DNA of 64,000 nucleotides from Perkinsus olseni (Eukaryota): NCBI GenBank assembly GCA_013115125.1, contig JABANN010000050.1, positions 1 to 64,000 of the forward strand, read 5' to 3'. Shown piece by piece: positions 57,740 to 64,000 of this stretch (position 1 is its first letter; each line of letters starts with the position of its first letter). The notes under the pieces were generated by a model. It saw only the letters and a program-made list of their open reading frames with translations, ran no database searches and was not told where the DNA came from. The position numbers and the translations under genes were made by a program.

Positions 57740-60700
57740 ATGAGAAAACTCTACAACAAACTGAGCTCCGGTCGAGTGACTTCTTCCTTCGCCTCACTCG
57801 ACGATGACACTGCCGGAACATCCATCGTGACCATCCTAACAAAGGCACCCAAGAGTTCACGGAGGTGAAGAGAACACGCGAACCGTAATACCATCCGTAA
57901 CGAGGCGAGCTCACACCACCCATCTTGCAACAACTACGCCAAATTCAAACGTACAGACTTAGTTGGACCAGAGAGACCACAGTAAGCATGCTCTAACTGC
58001 AGACTGAGCTAGACTGTTACATAACAGGCACTACTCACCTGTGATGAGTACAATGAATCCACAGCTAGTACACGGGGTCAACGTGATCCCTGAACATTCC
58101 CGCTGAGCTCCACGAACTTCCCACAGCCCTTCCAAGATCGAACGCCCGAAGGGATGCTCAGCTTGGGACTCGATAATTTCCGTCACCAAGAGCAACCCGG
58201 CGACTCCAGTAGTACCGTGCCAACTTCAACTCGCTAGCAGTCTCCTCAAGCTCGGTCCTCAGTCGAATGACTTCCGCCTTCAACCGCCTGAACTCCTCAT
58301 CGCCCATGCGAGTTGCCTACAAAATCGACCCGATGCCGTTACGAACGGCCACGGCTCCCTTCAGTGCTCCGGGACGAGTTCAAGGATGACAATCCCCGAG
58401 GCCACACTCCAATACCCGTACGAAGAGACCAAACCCCCTACAAGGAAGGGCTGCCGTTCCGAAAGGGTTCCCCGTTGATAGGGGAGAATTCGGGGATGAC
58501 GATTCCGATGCCACAACCGTGTGGCGAGATTGAAACCCACCTCCTGGACTTGCATCCTCAACTGGATGTTCTCAATCTGAGCAAACTTGAGCTCCTGCTG
58601 TGCCTTGCTAATCTCATGGGCACTCTACATCACCACCAACACTACCCCATCCCCAACTAACACCACCCACCTCCCTCTGCAACTCCTCCACCCTCATATC
58701 GTTCAGGCACTTCTCTTGCCGAAGATCATGAACCTACATCACAACCACTGTAACGGCGGCGTTCCGCCCGCAATACCGAATATCCCCGTAAACGCGACAT
58801 GGTTTCTCACTAGTGATTTTCATACTGCGCGTGGAACTGAGGTACAAACCCCTACTAGTATCGTAACATCCAACGATAATTTTCAAATAGATATAACAGC
58901 AGGTTGAGTGGATACACTGCGCGAAGCCATTAAGATAACAAGCCAGTCATTTCTTCACAAACTAACTCTAACTGTATGACAGTTACTCATTACTATGAAC
59001 CCCTACATACTCTTAAGACACACAAATAGTAGGAAGCACACAAGTCATCCCACGCTAACGGAAGAGCCACTCCTTTGTCCTCCGGTGACCAGCCTACGAC
59101 GCTAAGCTCGATTTTCAACAGCCCTCAATCAGCCAGGCCGGCGAAGCCGCACCTCTGCCTCTAAGCTCAGCTTGCTTTGGCTCCACTCCTTCGTCTTTTC
59201 TATCAAAGCCTTTTCCAGATCCCTCACTTGTACCGACAGTGGCGGCAAAGGGCGGTCGGTAGTTCCCGACGATGCGGCCCCATAATCATCCCTGACCACC
59301 ACTAAAACCCGCGAAAAATATCGAAACTGCGCTCCGCTAGAAAACTACAGTACAGCAATCATCCGTCTGAACCTCCCTGCTGACCATTTCTTCAGCCACC
59401 CTTTCCTAAAACCGATCCATCTCCTCCACACCAACCGCCGTACACCTCTACCCTCTCCCTTAGCAAGTCCACCATCTGACGATATCGATCAAGCTCAGCC
59501 TCCAACATCCTTATGTGCCTATCCTCGTCTCTATGCCGATGAGCGCCTCTCCTGAACCTTCCACCGCTAGCTGTCGATGGTTGGAACGGCGCCGCCGCTA
59601 TCTGCCGTGTAAATTTCTACCGCGCGCCACAAAATTAACCCCGCCACTACAATCTCAGCTTCATTCCTCCTGGCCAGTGCCGCCATCCCAGGAGCGGCTG
59701 CAGTGGCTCGGCGACTCGTAAAAATCGCACCGCCATCATGATAGTCATCATTCTCCTTATCAACCCCTTGCCGCGTTCTACCAGTATACCCGCAGACACT
59801 CCTCGACCTACCGGTACGGAAAAATCCGAAAAAAAGGCGGAGCGAAGCTCATATATTGTCGACCTTTGCTCCCTTGGCTGCACTGGATAGCTGTCCATCC
59901 TCCTTGCCGCACTAGGGCCCTCCTTGGGCTGGCCTGGATAAACTCTCATCCTCCTCCCTACTGATCTTGATCGACCCGTCTGACACCAGCTTCGACCTTG
60001 GATACCCCTCGCACCTCCCCAGCCACTCACGTTGCTTATATCCCCAAGAACGCTGTGACCCAACGACGGCTCATCGCCCATCAGAGAAACTGACACAGCA
60101 GATGGCGGACAGAGCGGGTCGTGTCGTAGTGTGAAATGTCATTCACGGCCGAGCCGATCACCCCAAAGACGCCACTCACAGCGCAACCTCAAGGGATCGT
60201 CACACTTCTCACAGCAGCAGCAGCAGCAGCAGCCGACGCTATCGCACAGTCGCCGGCCTCTAATTCCACAACTTCTGATGAGTCCCCCGCAACAACCCCA
60301 TGGCGCCGCCGTACTACCATCTCCTCCACAACTCCCAACAGCAGATGTAGCCCTGCCGTGTATGACGGATATCGACCGCTCTGATGGTGCCTGACACCTC
60401 ATCCTACCGGCTACCCTCCCTCACCAAGGACTCGCCTCCTGCGAGGACGACGATATCCTCTCCTCTCGCACAGGCATCGACGCCGTTATTGAAGAAAGCA
60501 CACAAATTCTGTCCCCCATTATTAAGCTGACTATAACAAAACACCATCGGCTGCGGACATCCAGGGAATATGCCGTGTTCCTTTTTAATGATCATCCGAG
60601 GTCAGCTGGCAGACCGGTACGTCGGCGGCCGACTGATGCCCTTCTCACTCTCGCCCTCCTCGTCCGTTGCTGCATCTACTATTCTCACCTGCAACGCCAC

Positions 60701-60790
60701 CGATCATCCTCAGTCCAAATCATCATCAACCTACGCTTGCCTCTAATTCGGGGTAGCTACGTGGGGCCTCGTCGCCTCCCGATCCGCTAC
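57740..60790 (-). CDS. Hypothetical coiled-coil multi-exon protein (boundaries approximate)
   Basis: Heptad-rich exons (EISKAQQELKFAQIENIQLRMQVQE; DEEFRRLKAEVIRLRTELEETASELKL) with short introns. Confidence 0.35.
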
Positions 60791-61105
60791 CAGGCCTGTC
60801 TTTCAGCTTAGCCCTGGCAGTCTCAAGGATGAACTTCACCTCCAGTACCCGTTCAAGGACGGCTGAAGACAGGTCGCAGGTTCGATCCCGGCATGTGACA
60901 TAATATCACCATGGACTAGTAAGTCGAATCTAAGTCTCCGCTTCCCTCCGCTTCTATCCTCCACACTATCGTTATCGACGTACTTATTATCTACCTAACA
61001 TACCACTCCTTCCCCAACTCAGCTCGGTCTGCTACACTACTAGACCCGATCCAACCTCGCCTCCTCCCAGCAAGGCCTTCCCCAACATTCAAATTCCAGT
61101 CGGAC

Positions 61106-63461
61106 TCAGTAACTCAGGATTCCCGCAAGGAGTGGTACGACGATGTTGACCGTCCCAGAGCTCACCATGTCCATCATAGCCGCTGCCCTACTGCGCAGTC
61201 GGCACGTCGAGAGCACCCTCAAGAACAACTGCTCCACCGCTCGGCTCGCTTCGTCTGCCAAACACCGTACGCGAGTTAAGACCGTCAGAAACAAATATAT
61301 CAATAACAATTGGGGGATACTTCCAAGAGAGGCCGCAATGGGGCTCGAAGTCGTTCACGTTATAAGCAGCGTCCTCTCTACTAGAAAATAAGATGCCAGT
61401 AACGGAACGGTCGATCGTGTTGGGTAATAATATCAGCGTTTCCCTTCCAGCCCTCCTCACCCTCAATACCTAGCGGAGGCTTGGGATCCCATCGGACCGC
61501 ACTCGACCGAACCATTTCTGTGCGATTCCTCACAAACCCAATCAAGCCAACTACAGGGTGGCCCGCTTCAAAGTAGGAGTTTGTACTTATCGAACGAAAG
61601 ACCCCAACGGGAGCAGGTTTCATCCTTTATAGCTAGACACCCCGTAAAGTATTTCCCTACCAATGACAGCAGCCTTCCTCTCCTTCTCATCCGTAGCTCT
61701 CCGTACCATCTCTTCCAGTTCTCCTCGCTCCACCTTACACTTGTCCAACCTCAACTAACCCGCTGCTGCCGAGTACACCCCAGCCTGATCACAGCCCACC
61801 TGTGCTGCATGCAGCTCCGATGCAAGAGCCATCTCCTCATCACGGGCCTCCTGTTGCAGCTTCCTCAGCCCCTCCTGCTTCGCCTCCACCATCGATGCCT
61901 TCCCCTCAGCGGCTCTGCTCAGCTCCTGAAGTTACAGCACTGTCCTCGGACGAGATCACCCCCGACCTCTCAGCGAGAACTGACGTTATCAGCGCTAATT
62001 GAATTTCGTGGCGCGCGGTCATTATCAGCTAAGCTCTATTCGCATACTCTTGCCGGAGGCATCCCTCTTCAACACAGCCGTACTGATTCGCGGAATCACC
62101 GAAACCAGAGGCAAGACGTCGAGTGATGCCGCTCCTCGTGTATACCAACCAGATGAGGGCTACCTCATAGTTCTCCAGGAGGAGTTCATATCGACGGAGG
62201 AGCTCTCGAATAGCCGAACCTGCAGGGAGTATCCTCCTTTCTTCGCCGTGCGTACGTGGCATCCAAGGTCGATCCATGGAAGATACGGATGCAAAGGGAG
62301 CGATTGAGTCGGATGGAATTGAAAACCGGCGAAGCTCTGCCGAACAAGTGCAATAAATGCCTTAGAAATGCCGCAGCAGGGATTAGAACTCACCGTTATC
62401 ACCCCCTCTGCCAATGTACGGCCGTCTCATCCGTCCAACAGCACCTTATACAGGATCATCCAAACCATACCGTTCTGGGAGCCCCTGACCCCTAGCAGAA
62501 TTGCCGGAAATCTGGTACTCAACCACCGCTTCCAAGTACGCCCGATACGGCAAACCTCGTTGCACCTGCCAAAGGGTACTACTAAAACGCTGCAGCTAGC
62601 TCCAACCTCAGCCTCCTGAACTCGCTTCATCTCCATCAGCTTCGCTCCGCGTTTTTGCAACTCATGGATCTGTGACCGCGTCGCCATGTCTCTATCATAA
62701 CCGAACTACTTCCTCGTCCAACTCCCGGCACTCAGCCTCCTCCGTCATTCTCTTCCTCTCAGCCTTCTCCACTTTAGCGTCGATCGACCTAAAGCCAACC
62801 CTCCGTCGAGTAGTCAGAGACGCCGCCTCTTACTTGAAGAATTCCTCGTTTGATTGCTTTGCCCTTTGAAGGTGTTCCTGCCGGGCTCGAAGCCTCTCCT
62901 CTCGCTCACTACACCGTTCAAGCCTCAATCCTACTCGCCGCCTAGTGTCCTCCAGCTTCTACAAGAATAACACTTACTGACCCTGACAGGGTTACTCACC
63001 CTGTGAAGATGTACAGGGGATGCTCTCAGGCTAATACACGCTCAATCCTTTCAAGTACCGGAAGGATCATGGGAAGACAAGACGACAATACACAAGCCAG
63101 GTTGAATAGTCTCCGCCCGGAGACTCTCCGGGCGACGACCGGGACCATGGAAGGCCTCACATCCTCAGCCTCTCTGTCAGCTTTCGCTATTCGGATCAGT
63201 TCGAGGGTCGAGAAGCCCGATCTCTCCAGTGATTTCAGCTGCTCACGCCCTTCGCTGATCATCTGGTCAGTAACAATCTCCCGGGGCTCCAACATACCTT
63301 CACCTGAGTAGAAAACGGTCCAAGTAGAAGAGCCCGCTGCGGGACGGAAAGTCCTGATTACGCTTAGCTGACGTCCGGACCCTCCCCTTAATCGACAAAG
63401 CCGGTAGTGAACCGTCTCCAGTAGCAGGCAGCGCAAGCTGGTCTCTGTCGTCAGCCACCAT
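61106..63461 (-). CDS. CFAP73/CCDC42-like (DUF4200) coiled-coil protein, multi-exon, tentative
   Basis: STLELIRIAK...KLEDTRRRVGLRLERCSEREERLRARQEHLQRAKQSNEEFFK|SIDAKVEKAERKRMTEEAECRELDEE resembles the DUF4200 'F.KF...NDAKR.RA..KA..E' pattern. Confidence 0.45.
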
Positions 63462-63615
63462 CTACAATAGCCTCCCCCTCCAGTGAAGTATGACTAACAC
63501 TACACTAAAAGATACTCTCTTTAAGTAGTGTACAAACAATCTAAATGTCAAAGCTATCAACGTTGAAGGCTTATGTGAAAGGATTGGCGTCTGGATAGTA
63601 ATATCTCCACTCTTA

Positions 63616-64000
63616 TCAAACGCCACCTTTCCCAGCATTGGAAACTTTCCCCTCCACCACCACCCCGGCCTCGGTTTTGCTGCCGACCTCGGCCTCCAGC
63701 TTCTCTAAACGCTTCACAATCGCCGCCATATCCTCTGCCCGGGTCTGTGCTCCGCTATCACCCTTCGGTCGATCTGTCGGAGGTGCTCCTCGACCGTCCC
63801 CCTGAGGCTCCGAGGAGACCCCCGGCACCGCTCTTGTAGTCCGCACTGGTTCCGTCTCCTGCCTTCCTCCTCCACCAGCTGCGCCCATCCCTTCATTACC
63901 CTTCTCACTCGCTGCACCCCCCTCAGCCTTCACTTCCCCAACGCCCTCTGCCTTCACTTTTGATGGAACCCGACCGCCACCCTCCGCAACAACCGCACCC
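63616..64000 (-). CDS. 3' end of a gene running off the window (Gly/Glu/Ala-rich)
   Basis: Open frame to the window edge, ending ...AAIVKRLEKLEAEVGSK...GKGGV*. Confidence 0.35.
   Translation of the reverse strand, partial: GAVVAEGGGRVPSKVKAEGVGEVKAEGGAASEKGNEGMGAAGGGGRQETEPVRTTRAVPGVSSEPQGDGRGAPPTDRPKGDSGAQTRAEDMAAIVKRLEKLEAEVGSKTEAGVVVEGKVSNAGKGGV

Noticed and set aside
60212-60232. (CAG)n run
   Set aside because: Ordinary short microsatellite.

Overview
Gene-dense eukaryotic DNA with many ~45-100 nt GT-AG introns, short spacers and long same-strand gene runs. Gene content and style best fit a perkinsid alveolate (Perkinsus-like); this is inference, not a search result. Recognisable genes: a frameshifted DCR2/PAP-type metallophosphoesterase, a CCCH zinc-finger protein, an amino-acid transporter, an ankyrin protein, a PRC1/Ase1/MAP65-like protein, an ATX1-type copper chaperone, eIF2-alpha, three tandem intronless GT61-like glycosyltransferases, a helical-repeat protein, a tail-to-tail pair of secreted paralogues, a frameshifted subtilisin, a double U-box protein, a COG3044/MRB1590-type ATPase and a CFAP73/CCDC42-like protein. 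There is also a non-autonomous TIR element. The most striking unexplained signal is a set of recurrent motifs sitting mostly inside tiny introns of unrelated genes: tRNA 3'-half/B-box hairpins that make up almost whole 43-48 nt introns, an exact 20-mer, an exact 16-18-mer, and a 10-mer found 11 times. Other signals are a 330-bp inverted copy of ATX1 inside the next gene's intron, fold-back palindromic scars at frameshift sites, and TpA-rich patches. All exon boundaries were read by eye.
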